Shown: positions 25,618 through 39,200 of the stretch, piece after piece
How positions within the stretch are numbered: the stretch's first letter is position 1
Layout of the letters: every line of letters starts with the position of its first letter
Assembly (NCBI GenBank): GCA_032718475.1
Contig: JAUCBJ010002904.1
Coordinates: 1-64,000 of the forward strand
DNA length: 64,000 bases
DNA from: Nemertoderma westbladi
Lineage: Eukaryota; Animalia; Xenacoelomorpha
Reading direction: 5' to 3'
Position numbers and translations under genes: made by a program
Notes under the pieces: generated by a model
Seen by the model: the letters and a program-made list of their open reading frames with translations, nothing else
What the model was told of the DNA's origin: nothing
Databases searched by the model: none

Positions 25618-28600
25618 GTGATTGGTGCATTACCTAAAAGAACTTTACTTCTTGATGTAGAAATAAACAGGCAACTTATAGGAACAGTGAAAGCACGCCG
25701 GGATACCGGTTCAGATGCTACGGTAGGAGGTATAAATTTCTTACATTCACTTGATTTAATGAACACAACCACACTCGACCCCCCCACAGTAGACAAGTTT
25801 GAATAAATAAATGGAGGAAATTTAGAACAACTAGGAACTTTAAACATTAGATTTAGAATCGGAAATAATCATATAGATACCAAAATTGTCATATGTGCAG
25901 CTGTTGAGATGGTATACTTATCATTAGAAGATAGCATAGGACTTGGAATAATTCATTCTAATTTCCCATATCCGATACCAAATATACCCAATCGTATACA
26001 AGAACATGCTATGGAAACCACAAGAGAAGTCGGTAAAATCAAACAAATAAACGCAAATAATAACAGTAAAGCTGTTTACACAAGATCCATCAGCGAAAAT
26101 AAATCAATACAAGAAATAAATGAAATTAACAAAAGTGATTTGTGGAATAAAACCAACAGGGAAACATGGATAAATTCACTTCCTACAGAACCTACTGTAG
26201 AAGAGAGGCAATCTGTAGTAAATGTCTTAATGGAAAAATATAACATTGCTTTTGATGATAACAATTTCCTTCGACCTATGATGGGAGAAGATGTCGGTGA
26301 TCCACTACATATTACATTAAAGAAAGATGCTAAACCATTTTCAATACATACAGCAAGATCTATTCCAATACCACTAAAAGAAAAGGCAAAGAATGAAATC
26401 TATAACATGGTTAACAAAGGCATAATAGCACCTGTGGGCCCTGTACCAACATCATGGTGTCACCCAATGGTGATCATTCCTAAACCAGATGGTGATGTTC
26501 AAGTTTGCGCAGATCTAACTCGGCTTAATATACAAATAGAACGAACAGTCCATCCAACTATTACACCAGCAGAAGCAGTAGCATCAATAGAATCATCAAG
26601 TAAATATTTTGTAAAATTAGACGCCCGCAGGGGATATTGGCAGTTTCCCATAAATGAGGAAAGTCAGAGTTTAACGGTCTTTATAACACCTTGGGGTAAA
26701 TTTTATTATTTGCGTGCCCCAATGGGTCTTATGGATACAGGGGACCACTACGGATTTAGAGGTGATATCGCATTCAATGAAATTGCAGGTATTCAGAAGA
26801 TAGTAGATGATACATTAGTTGGTCGCCCAACATATCATGAAGCACTTAAAGTTGCTTGTATTTTATTAGAAAGATGTATAAAATTTGGTATTACCCTAAA
26901 CCAAAATAAATGTCGATTTGGGGAAACAGAAGTCATGTTTGCAGGATATAAAATACATAATGGTAACTATACCATAGATGAGAAGAAAGTGACAGCCATA
27001 ACAAACTTCCCGGCACCTAAAACACGCACTGAATTGCGATCCTTTCTTGGATTAGCTAATCAGTTAGGATCATTTACACACGAATTGGCATCAGCAACAG
27101 AACCCCTGCGTCCTTTACTACAAAAAAGGAGCATATTCACATGGCTTCCAGAACATGAATTAGCCTTTCAGAGAACAAAAGAAGTCTTAACATCCCCAGT
27201 CGTGAAAGCTCTATATGATCATAAACATGAAACAATCGTAACATGTGATGCATCTCGACGAAATGGTTTGGGATTTGCACTATTGCAGTTAGACAAGGAA
27301 AATAACTGGCGATTAGTGGAATGTGGATCCCGATATTTACAGGACGCCAAATCACGTTATGCAGTTTGTGAGATGGAAGCACTAGCAATATATTGGGCAA
27401 TAACGAAATGCTGAATATATCTCGCCGGTTTGCCCTACTTCAAAGTCATTACAGACCACAAACCTCTAGTTCAAATATTTAATGAAAAAAGATTAGATGA
27501 AATTGAAAATCCAAGACTACAAGCGTTACTGTTCTAAATTAAATGGTTATTCGTTTGACATAAAATGGAAAAAAGGGAAAGACAATATCATAGCAGATGC
27601 ACTATCTCGTTCACCTGTTGACAAACCAACCCAAGAAGACCTCGGAGAGATGAAAGACAGCACGAAAATGGCAGCTGTAATGTTGACTGCATTGAATGTC
27701 ACTGCTGAACCATCTGACCTTATCCTGGATGATTTAAGACATGCGGCTAAAGAAGATGATGACTATTTCTCATTAATAAATGCGATTGAATTTGGTTTTG
27801 AAAACAGTAACAGTAATAGAAACAATTAATATATACAATAACAATTAATTTTAGTGATATTTGGCAGGCGTAATGTAATACCAAAATCCAAGATTAAAAC
27901 TATTTTGAATAAACTCCATTTGTCACATCAAGGAATTGAACGTACTCGACGACGAGCCAGAGATAATGTTTACTGGCCAGGATTTAATAATGACATTAAA
28001 ATGAAGATTGAATCGTGCCAAATATGTCAGGAAAGTAGACCATCGAATAGGAAAGAACCAGAAATTCAAGATTTTATTCCGTCTAGACCATATCAATCAG
28101 TATCAGCTGATTTATTCCACTCCAATGGAAAGTCGTACCTAGTTTATTCTGACAGATACAGCGGATTTCCATTAATAGATGATTGGAATAGATTACCATC
28201 CTCTGCCCAAGTGATTAAAGCTTTGAGGTCGTTTTTTGCTTTAATGGGAGCCCCCATTCACATACGCACTGATGGTGCAGGTCAATTTGATAGTGAAGAA
28301 ATGCGCCACTTCTTTGACCTTTGGGGGGTAGTATGGCAACCATCTACACCTACCTATGCCCAAAGCAATGGACATGCCGAGTCCTCAGTTAAAACAATCA
28401 AGAGCCTCGTTTCAAAATGCCCAAATGGGGATATCCAGAGCCAGGAGTTTCTCGCAGGATTATTAGAACTTCGAAATACCCCACGAACCGATTCTATGTC
28501 CCCAGCGGAACGAGTTTTTGGATATCCAACCAGATCATTAATTCCTGCTCACCAATCGACATTAAGCAAACAATGGCAAAAGGAAGTTGACATTGCAGAT

Positions 28601-28960
28601 ATTAATCGATGTCTGATTAAATGTAAAGAGACATTATATTATGACCATGGGGCGCAAACTTTGCCAAGGCTGAATGTGAATGACCGGGTGTATATACAAA
28701 ATGAACGTAGTAAATGGTGGAACCGTTCCGGAACAATAATCGAAATATCTCCCTTTCGGGGATATCGTGTTCGACTACGATCTGGTTTTGTGATGTGGAG
28801 AAACCGTCGATTCCTTCGACTACGTAAAGAACATACAAGTACACATGAAATAACTGAAACTCCCATCGGCAACAACCATACAGTTCATGAACCACAAGGT
28901 GAGAAACGAACAAGCGATCAAGTAAGAAATCAAATCAAACGCTACCCAGAAACATTTTAG
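25618..28960 (+). pseudogene. pol: Gypsy pol (protease, RT, RNase H, integrase) with stops and frameshifts
   Basis: DTGS; KLDARRGYWQ, IVDD; CDAS..GLG, EALAIYWA, NIIADALSR; HLSHQG..CQIC, SADLF, RTDGAGQF, SNGHAE. Confidence 0.95.
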
Positions 28961-29288
28961 TCATATGCAATTAACCTTGATATGACTCGTAGGAGGGGAG
29001 TTGTGATGATAGACTCAAGGTGAGGGGTTTGGTTATACTTGTTATTCTAAGGTGGTGGTTAACACAGGATCCAAGTCCAACTCATTAGACTGGCATGACT
29101 TTAACCTAGCTATTAAGAGAGTACTGCTGATATGCTCACCGGTACCTTTGACTGCAATACGGTACAGCTATAGATATTTATATATCATTCAGTATTTAGT
29201 CATGCAATTAATTACACTGAATTAGCATTCATCTGTCTGTTATTTGTTTATCTCATTATTATGGTATCGCATTTCGAGTAACTTAACA

Positions 29289-29387
29289 TAATCGTCTGAA
29301 ACAACTGTGCGAGACACGATGGGTTGAATGGCATGACTCTATTATTATATTCCTTGAACTGTAAAAAGCCGTGGTAGAGACTCTTGA
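29289..29387 (+). pseudogene. hAT transposase, middle fragment between the two LTR elements
   Basis: Reads NRLKQLCETRWVEWHDSIIIFLEL (hAT TRW motif). Confidence 0.85.
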
Positions 29388-30562
29388 TGTTCGCGCTTTT
29401 AGACCTTTAGCAGTTTAACCCGCTAATTTTAGGTGTCTTCTAGTTTGTAAATCGACTTTAGCCTATAACAAGTATTTGTTGCATATAAGATATAAAGTTA
29501 CACTAGCCGAAGCCAGCCTATGCGCGACCATTCACCCACAGTTAAGGGAGACTGGATTCGGAGGCTCTGACCTTATTGCGGTGTAGACTTACTGTACTAT
29601 TCGATTGATCGTTAATATATAATCTCTGACAAATATTATTTACTTTCAGGAAATATTAACAGTTCCTTTAGGACGTGGCGTTCTAATTATGTAAACAGAG
29701 TTATGACTTACACTAAACACAACGGGATGGCTAATGATTTTCGTATAAAGCGCATTCTTTAGGAAATGCTTTGTTATCTGTCACACTCATGCACACTACC
29801 GCACACTGCTGCACACTGATCTGCCAACCTTCACTAAATTTGATCATATATAAAGAGAATAGCAACCGACACATGTAGGGATTATGAAATAGTATTCAAT
29901 TCTCTCCAAAACCACTATAATGTAAGTCGCAATTGCTACAGGTAACCGGTCTCTCTAACCTTCAGTATATCAAGAAGATTGGGGTTTTATGATTATTTAT
30001 CGATATTCTCCAAATATAACAACATATCCATCAACTTCTAACAATTAATAACCGACAGTAAATAGCAGTAAAATAATGCGGTGAAAGGTATGTATAGTAA
30101 GATATGGGCTGATATGCTATGCTGTGCTGAGCCATGTTGCGATAACAGTTATACGTTTCTATGATCAAAGCCGTCGAATGTTTGGCTAAAGTCTGAAACT
30201 AAGAATAATTCCAAAGCCGATATTCTGGGCTCAGGAAAAAGGTAAACAAAGACCGTCATGCATTGCGCGATTTCCTGTAGGCTTCTGTACAAATAAAATG
30301 AAAATCGCTCTGATTGGTCGAGTGAGCTGAACAAAGAGAGTTAAAAGCTCCACATCGACATCAAAATCAGCTGATAGATTTCGTCATCTAAGCCACACTG
30401 TATTAAGAGTATTTTGTCCGCTAAAGTACACATACAGAAAAATGGCTTTTTATGTCCACTAAAACACCTACAAAGTAAGAAAACGGCTTTTTATGTCCGC
30501 TAAAACACCTACAAAGTACTTTGCGGGAAAAATGACTAGTTATATCCGCAAAAGCCTTTACA
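29388..30562 (-). repeat. 3' LTR of BEL copy B
   Basis: Direct repeat of 58554-59755. Confidence 0.96.
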
Positions 30563-30639
30563 CCGCTCCCAAAAATGGGATTTAATTCTATAAAATATAA
30601 AAAATCACAGTTTCTAAAATATAAAAATACTCTAAACAG

Positions 30640-33600
30640 TTAGTCTTTCTTGCGCGGACGGCGTTTACAGAGTTTTTTGAGGCTAGCAAGAGTCCTTTTC
30701 TCTTTGGGGCGAGCCACTTTACTAGGAGGGCTATAACTCCTGGGTGAAGGGTGCAATACAATTGAATCGGAAGGTTTAGGATTACGGTCGGTGTATCCGC
30801 CGGTCGAGGTACCTGGTTGATCGATATCAACCTCAGTGGAGCGAGGTCGGACGGCCTTTAGAGCGCGTTTCAGGACAGCAGCTCTTACTGGTCCCTGATG
30901 AATCGTCTGAACGAGAGCAGTGGGTGGACCATGGATAGTGAGAAACTTCCTCGGTTTAATGGTTCTTTCCAACTCGCGTTCTCGGGCTCGATATTCGTAG
31001 GGCCGTCGAGATACTTCTTGTAACTCAGGGTGCGAGTTGATAAATAAATCGCCATACTCAGGGTCTTGACGGATGAAATTTATCAAATGGTATGAAGTAA
31101 TATCGTTAGGATTGACGTTCCTGAGATATTTTCGAACAAATTTGGTGGAAATACACTCACCAACATGCTTCATTAGTTCGTAACTCGGTGTGCGTGTTTT
31201 TTGTTCAACAGACGCGAATAAATAAGGATGGAACGCGTAAACTCCCTCGTAAGAGCGTCCAGGGTAATAGCGATGGCGGGACTCACAACGTAAATCCGCG
31301 TTCGCTTCCCAAGCTCGGATGTATCGCAGGGTAATCATCTCATCTACGCTTTCTAAATCGCGATTAAAGGGGCAATTATAACTGGCATGTCCTTTAAGTT
31401 GAAAGTGGTGGCATTGAGTCATAAATTGGGGGCAGACTGAAAAAATGTACGAGTTATTAAGTCTGCAATACGCACAATAGATCTCCATCGCCGGTTGTTC
31501 ATGGAAATAGGAGCAGGGTACGTCTGAGTCCATGGGGGTGAAATGATCTCTCGATGCGCATAATCGGCAACGTTTTCGAGAAACATAGTTGGCATGCCGA
31601 TAGTCGTATGCGGTGAGATACTGTGGACCTTGATACCATCCCAAGATGTAGTCGTTGTCGCTGCTCCGGGGCGCTGTAGGCTGAACCTCCTCGGATTCTA
31701 AGCATATTGGTTCGTCTTCCAATTGCATAGCTGAGGTAGGTGTGGCTGTCTCCTCAAGCGAACCCACTGTCTGAACTTCCACGATAGAATAACCCATGGG
31801 GATTCGAGGTCCTTGTATAACGGAGGAATGTAAGTTCTGTATACAAACATCCTGGAAAATGGCGAATCCAGCGCTGTCTAACTTCTCAGCAGCGGTCCTT
31901 GAACTGACTATCAACGTTACGGAACGGAGTCAGAAAGCGCCTGAAACATTCGAAGCAGATGAATTTATTGTGTTCATCTAGCTTGGCGAGTTTGGTTCCA
32001 AGTATTAAGGGATGGGCGCGTATAGTACGACTGCACACATCGGCTAGCCAACCGGCAAGTGCGGCGTTTTCAAAGATCGTGTATATAGCTAAGGAGGGAT
32101 GAAGGGGAACACTCATGAAGCTATACACGACACCAGGTGCAGTCAATGGTCCATCGAAGTATAATCGAGAATAATGATCTCCATATACTTGTTGATAGGA
32201 TTTCCGACCTTGAAATTCCATCCGTATTCTTGAAAGGCAAGATGTCCGATGGAGGTTCGTTGTACTTTAGTGATACTGCTGGGTGTATTGGCATACATAG
32301 TACGGAAGAAACCTTGGCCTTCTGCCCAGGGAGCAATCAGCTGAGTATCTACGAAAGAATATGGGATATTCTCCATGTTCCTAAAGTCGTTTTGGAGATC
32401 TCCATAAACAGCTGAGCCGATTTTAAGGATTCTTTCGTTAAACAACATCTTGAGCACGGGCTGGGGTAACATTGATCCATCGATACCCATGGCCGGTTTG
32501 CGCTCGGTGTCAGTGACGTAACGCTGCGCGAGTTCGAATTGTCCATGTCGGGGTTCTTTTGTATCTCGGTGAGAGTCTCAAAAGAATAATCAATCACATC
32601 GGAACACGCTCAAGTAAATACGTGGGTAGAACCAGCTAGTCCTCGTATATGTATCATACGCGTAGTCCCCAGTTCTCCAACCGGAACGCTACCTTCGTTA
32701 TCGTAAGTGACAACTCCATACATCTCGATAACGTTAAGAGTTTCGTTCCACTCTTTAGTGGCGTTTTCTAGGGTCATTCCCACTGGATGCCACAAGGTGG
32801 CGCATTTGCTAGCGTTAGGTAGATCTCTATACTTCAAATACTGTGTAGTATATGTTTCTACATCTCCATATCGTTGTATTCTTTCCTCCTCGAATAACAC
32901 GTCGAGATTCCAGTGGACTAATCGAGTTTTGATAAATCCATTGAGATTATACGGAGGTATTACATCCTTCTCTATTCTGGAAACATTATAGGGTTTTCGG
33001 AATGAGTTTACTTTCACTAACTGATCCAGATGTTTCTGCAGTTGTTCGAGTTCGACGAGATCGAGAGGATTTATTAGTGGTAGAAACCTTAGACTATGTG
33101 TAGGATCTTCCGGTTTTACCATGTAATATTGAGTTAGATTGACATAATAAGGGTGATCTTTGATCCCATAAAACGAGTTCGGTAAAAGTCTAGCGCGTAT
33201 GTTGACCTCGTGTACCATACGACGGACAAGATCCGCTCTATTGTCCGGAGGTTCTACGAGTATACCATCGACACGAGCGGCCTCGATTGGCGGACGTTGC
33301 AACATAGGAGCGTCAGCGATAAGATCTCGAGATCTTAGGTTGATATCAACTGGTTGAGGTTGTGCCGTGGCGAAGAGTTTGTCTCCGAAATGGGGAACCA
33401 TCGAAGGATGAATGATGGTTTTAGAATAGAGATCAGTCATAAGGATTTGAGCTTCTGGCTGGGCTAAAGCTGCTTCTTCTCTCTCATCCATTTCTATGTG
33501 TTTCTCCTCGAGCTGATTTTCCTCTGCTTGTCGTTGTAAACGCTCGTCTAGGAACTCTTGTAGAGAATAGGTTCGTCCAAGTTCGAGGTCTTCCTCGAGG

Positions 33601-34831
33601 TTCTGGATTTCTCGATTGAACTGGGGTAAAGCTAATTCTTTCACCGCTTGGACTTGTTGCTGCAATTTACGTTTCTCTAAACAATCGTAAGTTCCTTTTC
33701 CGATCTTCTGCCGAATAGCGTCTAACGCGTTTCGTACAACGCTCTCCTCTACTTCGGTGACGGGTTGTATCGGGGTTAAACCGGGATGATTGTATGGGTT
33801 GAACGGCGATATTAGATGCCCGCGTCCCAATCCGGCTAGGTAGGAAGAGCGAATATCTAGCGAGCCCACTACCGGAGTGCCACCGATTAATTGTTCGGGT
33901 AACACAAGATCATTAAATAGTGAGTACAGTTCAGGGGGATCCGTTATACTATTGGGATCAAGCATTTGGGGTCTCACTAAGGAATGAGGAGGTCTGACCG
34001 AGTATTCCGGAACTCTGATCATGGGTTTATTTAAGGATCGTTTGAGTTGAGCAAGCGTAGGTGATACGTCGAACAAGTTTCGCTTGAAACTCCCATAAGT
34101 ATAGCGAGTAAAACTGTGTTTTGCGCAACGTCTCCGCGGATGTTTATGTCTTTCCGTTTGCTGATTGGGTCTAGAGCATTCGTCGCAGTAATACCAAAGA
34201 CGCACGTCCTGCAGGGGAAACGCGGGTGATCATTCTCCAGTTTTACAATATTCCTCCATCTGTTCGAAGCTATCTGGGACGACAGGTAGCGGTCAATCGG
34301 CGGTAAGATACATCATAGTGAAATAGAGCCGTTTGAGTTCTATCATGGGGTCATGATGTATACCTTGAGGATATCGAGTTTCTAGATTCTGTTGACTGGC
34401 AATATTGAGATATGTTTCTCTCAAGAATTCCAGATAATCGTTGAAGTCGCTGCGTTTATCCGGCTCTTCAACGTCTTCTCTTTCGAGTCGGTTTCGAATA
34501 GAATTCTCGTGTTCTATTCTCGGTTTATCGTTCCGACTCCGCTGGGTATGATATTTAAATAAAACCATTTCCCTTTCGGTGTCTATATCGTCCGTATCGT
34601 GTAAATTGATAGGATGACCAATAGTTAAGAAGTCCATATTCGTACCATTACTATGCGTAGCGAGCAGTGAATTTTCTATAGCTAATTTTCTTTTGGCGGT
34701 TCGATATAACGACCATCGTCCTCCGTAGTAGTTGGACTAGCGTCGCCGCGTATTAAGCTATCAACAAACGCTTGTAACGGTAGAGTATATCGTTCCCTGA
34801 TACCAAGATCATCTTCTATTAACTCAGTCAT
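30640..34831 (-). pseudogene. BEL extra gene: unknown N-terminal region, DEDDy 3'-5' exonuclease (WRN/EXD/MUT-7-like), Cys/His knuckle cluster; broken by several frameshifts
   Basis: ExoI VVTYDNEG; ExoII LPQPVLKMLFNERILKIGSAVYGD; FVDTQ; SIGHLAFQEYG; ExoIII-like PLHPSLAIYTIFE; then CRLCASRDH, CAYC and CHHFQLKGHASYNC. The 5' start is uncertain. Confidence 0.75.
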
Positions 34832-36298
34832 AGCAGCTATATGAGTTTATCAATATTATAATGAGTTTATAATTAGGCTAGTGGGCGTCGCTGCCTACCC
34901 CTCACGGCCCCCGGACAGCGCAAGATCCTCAGCGCCGATGTACCGTCGTCGCTGTGTTTTTCGCCAACGTAGTAGCTACACAACGACAATGATAACCAGC
35001 GCGAGTCACTCCACTGTCCGTCCCAAGGGCTATGATTTGCTTCAGGTTCTTACTGCAGAGGTAGGGCTACTTTCACAATTGCGACTCGCTACTGTAAACA
35101 CACTTTAGTAGTAACATTCACCTATAAACGCACAAATTCCACACAATTGTCACAAATTGTACACATTCGGGCCATTTGTCCGTTAGTCAAGTGCCTTCCA
35201 GAATGCCACGTTATTATTATGTATCCTTGGATACTAGCAGTGTGCTATTTATTCCTTATGCTATTCAATGGGGCAAGCTTTCTATTGTTCTTTTAACTCG
35301 CTTCTAATTCTAGCGTGGTTGTTGCTATGGTGACATTATGGAAAGCTAGCAGTATAATTAGGGTAATTCCCATGCATACAGATCTGGGATGCTATTTAAT
35401 AGTAATTCTTTAATTGTCAATATCCCCTTTATACATGATTTTATGAATTTTATCGGCTATTGACTATATATTGGAGATTCTCGCACACTAATACACTTAA
35501 TAGGGTGAATCTCCGCTCCCATGATCTATTAATTAATGGAATTTTGGGAATGTTATAAATTGTATAAAAATGACAATTTATCAAATTCATTAAAAGAGAT
35601 GAATTTAAATTTATTCCCGTAAATTTTATTATTTAATGTTGGAATAAGCACAATTTTATTCCAGAGCACGTCTGTGAACTGTGATCCTTGATTCTAGGAA
35701 ATTTGTCCTTTTAAGAGTATCGGTAAGTGCTACGATATCTTAATCGACTAGAATTTTAAAGGATCTAAAATATGACAGATTTTATAAATATTAATATTTA
35801 ACATTTAAGATGGGCACCGGTTTATTCCAGAACTTGTCTGGGGACGTTAACCATTGATTCTAGAATTTTGTCTTTCAAGTATATCGGTGGGTGCCGCGAT
35901 ATCTTAATCGACTAGAATTGCAGATGGTCAAAGGGTTTAACAGATTTATTTTGCGTTTTGCGCTACTGTTAAAGGGACATCACGCTACTATATGTATTAT
36001 TTAATATACGGTATGAGAGCAATATTGCAAGAAGCAATGTCAGTGAGAAGAGGCAAGTCATTTCCAAGGTCTACCCAGAGCTTGGTTTAGCCAAGACACG
36101 AGGATCTGAATTTTGCATTCCTAATACTCTACTTACCAATAATACTTGAGTATAGTAGGAGCTTTATTGTACTTTAATAAGTACGGACATTTCATCTTAC
36201 TGTAGTCACGTATTTATAATATGATACGGACAGTAAGGAAAGAGAAAAAGAATTATTTCTCGCCGTATATAATATAATATATAATATATATAACATAT

Positions 36299-39200
36299 GA
36301 ATAATATGCACTGCCCAGCATTTGTAAATTTAGTAATTATGAAGACAAATGAAATAAATGCTACTGCTTGTATTGAAGAAAAGTTATGTTTTTATTCTAC
36401 AGATGATATTTCGGCTATATTGCATAGCCTTTATCAAATCTATTTTTTATTATTCTTATTTGAATTTGTTTACATAGAATATCGTAATTCTTAGTTTGTT
36501 GTTAAGGTAACCTAGACTTAATATAATAAAGTTTTTATTGTTGAATGTAGTCATGGAAGGAGTTCAAGCCCTTTAGATTAGTGAGCAGCATACCAATCCA
36601 AAATCGTTCTGATTTTCTTAGTTTCTTTATTGTTTCTACGCAGTTGTCCCTTCTTGGTAATTGGTCAATCAAAATAAATTTCAAGTTTTTGGAGGATTTG
36701 TTGTGTTTTTCGATGAAATGCACTCCGATATTGCAACTTTTCACACCTTTTTTTATATGAGATTTATAATTTCCAAGCCTCTTCTTGAAATTGATTGTTG
36801 AGCCAACACCCTGTAAATTGCATTCTATGCAGATAGCTAAATATACTACATTTTCCGAGTAACAGTTTAATCGTTTGTTTATTTTAAAAGTCTTGCCTGT
36901 AGCTACACATTTGAAATGGTTGGTTTCAATTAAGTAATTTTCACAACAGTCACACTTTTTAGCGCTACAATTGTAACAACCAGGATTATCAATGCATGAT
37001 AATTGTTTGTATGGATTGGATGGTGCTAGAAGTTCTTTTAGGTTTGGGTTTCTTTTATATGCAACAATTATTTCGTTTCGTGGTAGTATTTTCCTTGCCA
37101 TTTCGTTTGACTCTAATATACCATAATGTTTATTGATAAGTCTTTTAAAGTTTGGAGCCATTGGGTTATACGTTGTTACTAAAACTGTTGGATTTTTAAT
37201 ACTTTTGTTTTTTCCTTTATAATTTCTTGCTTCCGATCTTTGCATGTTCCTAACTTCTTCAAAGACTGTATTTACATGATCTGCATTATGTCCACACTTA
37301 ATTAGGTGGTTCTTGTACACGTTACCTTGAGTCACGTAGTCTTTATCTTTTGTGTTAATTCTTTTCAACCTTAAGGCAACTCCTTTAGGAATTCCGTTGA
37401 TTTGGCATTTAGGGTGGGCAGATTTACTATTTAAATATATATGTGAATCTGTAGGTATACTATACACTGATGTTGTTAACTGATTATTTTCAATTGTTAT
37501 GTTTAGATCTAAAAAGTGTAACGATTTAGCACCTATATCCAGTGTAAACTTAAGTTTTGGATCCAATGTATTTAATAGCTTAAAGAATTCGAATAGACGC
37601 CTTTTTGAACCACGCCATATGGAGAATATATCGTCTCTGTATCTAAACCAACATCTTAATTCAGGGTATCTTTTTTTCTTGTTAATTACTTTTATATCAA
37701 TATCTCCTGCCACTATGTCAGCGTAAGAACAAGAATTTTTCGGTCCCATTGCAGTGCCGTCTGTTTGTATCCAAAACTCATTTTGATACTGTGATACGTT
37801 GTTTTTTAGGCAAATTTCCAATGCTTCAATAATGCAGTCAGAAGGTACATCAAACAAGTGTATATTTTCTTTTAATTTATTAGAAACTATATTGATCCCG
37901 TTTTTGTTGTCAATAGAAGGAAACATATTAATAATATCAAAACTAATCAATATATCATTATCTGCAATTTCATGTAAATTTAATTCATCTATTATTTCCA
38001 GCATGTGTGAGGTATCTTTTACCCGATGTGGTAATGTGTTAGCTATCTTTTTGCAGTATGTTTCTACAAATTGAGAAAGATTTTCTGTTGCGCTACCACA
38101 ACCTGATGTTATTACACGCGCAGGTGCTTGTTCTTTGTGTAGTTTTATTCTTGGATAATTTGTGCCCGGTGTAGGTTCAGAGTTTAATAAAATATAATTT
38201 ACCCATTTATTGCTTAGTCCAAGGTCTTTCCATTTTTCAGTCCAGTTTGTAATTTGGTTTAAAATTGTAAAACTCGGGTCTTTTTCAACTTTCTTAAATG
38301 ATCCACAATCCATTTGCTCTTTTAGTTTTTTGTTGTCTGTTTCCTTATCAATGAATACAAAAGAATTTCCTTTGTCTTGTAATCTCATAATATATTCCTT
38401 ATCATTTATGTTTGTTTTTCTAAATTTATTTAACGCTTCTCTTTCTTGAGGATCTATGTTGTCTCTTACTTTCTTTAACTTAGTATCTTTAAAAATATCT
38501 TTCTCAATACTGTCAAGAAATACTTCGATTGCTGGAATATTGCATTTTGGTGGATTTCGTGTTGATGCTATGTGTGGTGGAAATAATGAATTGTCAACTT
38601 TGTCTGCTGATTCTATATTAATTACTTCCATATTGTCTTTATAAAAAAACACTTTCCATAGCACTTTTCTTTTAAAATTTTGCCAATTTCTTTGTATATC
38701 ATCCCAATTGACACTCATTGGCTGTGGTACAAATGAAGGCCCCAAACTACATAATTTAATAAGTCCGGGATCAATTTTTTGTTCTGTTAAATTAAATACT
38801 TTTACGTTACTATTTGTTGTTACATTAACATTTCCAATGCTTTCATTTTCCTGTTCTAGAACATTTAAGGATTTCTCCAAATTTCCTAGACTTTCTTTAT
38901 TATTTTTTGACATAATATCATTTACTAATGATCTCATTTTATTTCTAAACACATTAATATTGTTGTCATTTACATATGAAAGGTTGTAAATACCATCACT
39001 ACTGTCTATACACATTTTACCGAACTTACATACGTACACGCCACATTGATAACTATTAAATTGTACTCTTTTTATTGGTGGTTCTATTATGATTTCGATG
39101 TCCAAAATGTTGTTTTTCAATGCCTCTTTTTTAATCCAATATTTTAAACTGTTTATAATCTTTATATTTTGTCCACCCATAGAATCTAAGTAAAATATTT

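Larger units (their letters stand above)
16199..29288 (+). mobile_element. Ty3/Gypsy LTR retrotransposon (Mag-like)
   Basis: 287-bp LTRs at 16199-16485 and 29002-29288 (TG..CA, ~6 mismatches). TSD TAATC. PPT AGGAGGGGAG at 28991-29000. Domain order PR-RT-RH-IN. Confidence 0.96.

Noticed and set aside
30640-34831. Envelope gene at the ORF3 position
   Set aside because: No evident signal peptide, transmembrane anchor or fusion-protein pattern. Exonuclease motifs are present instead.
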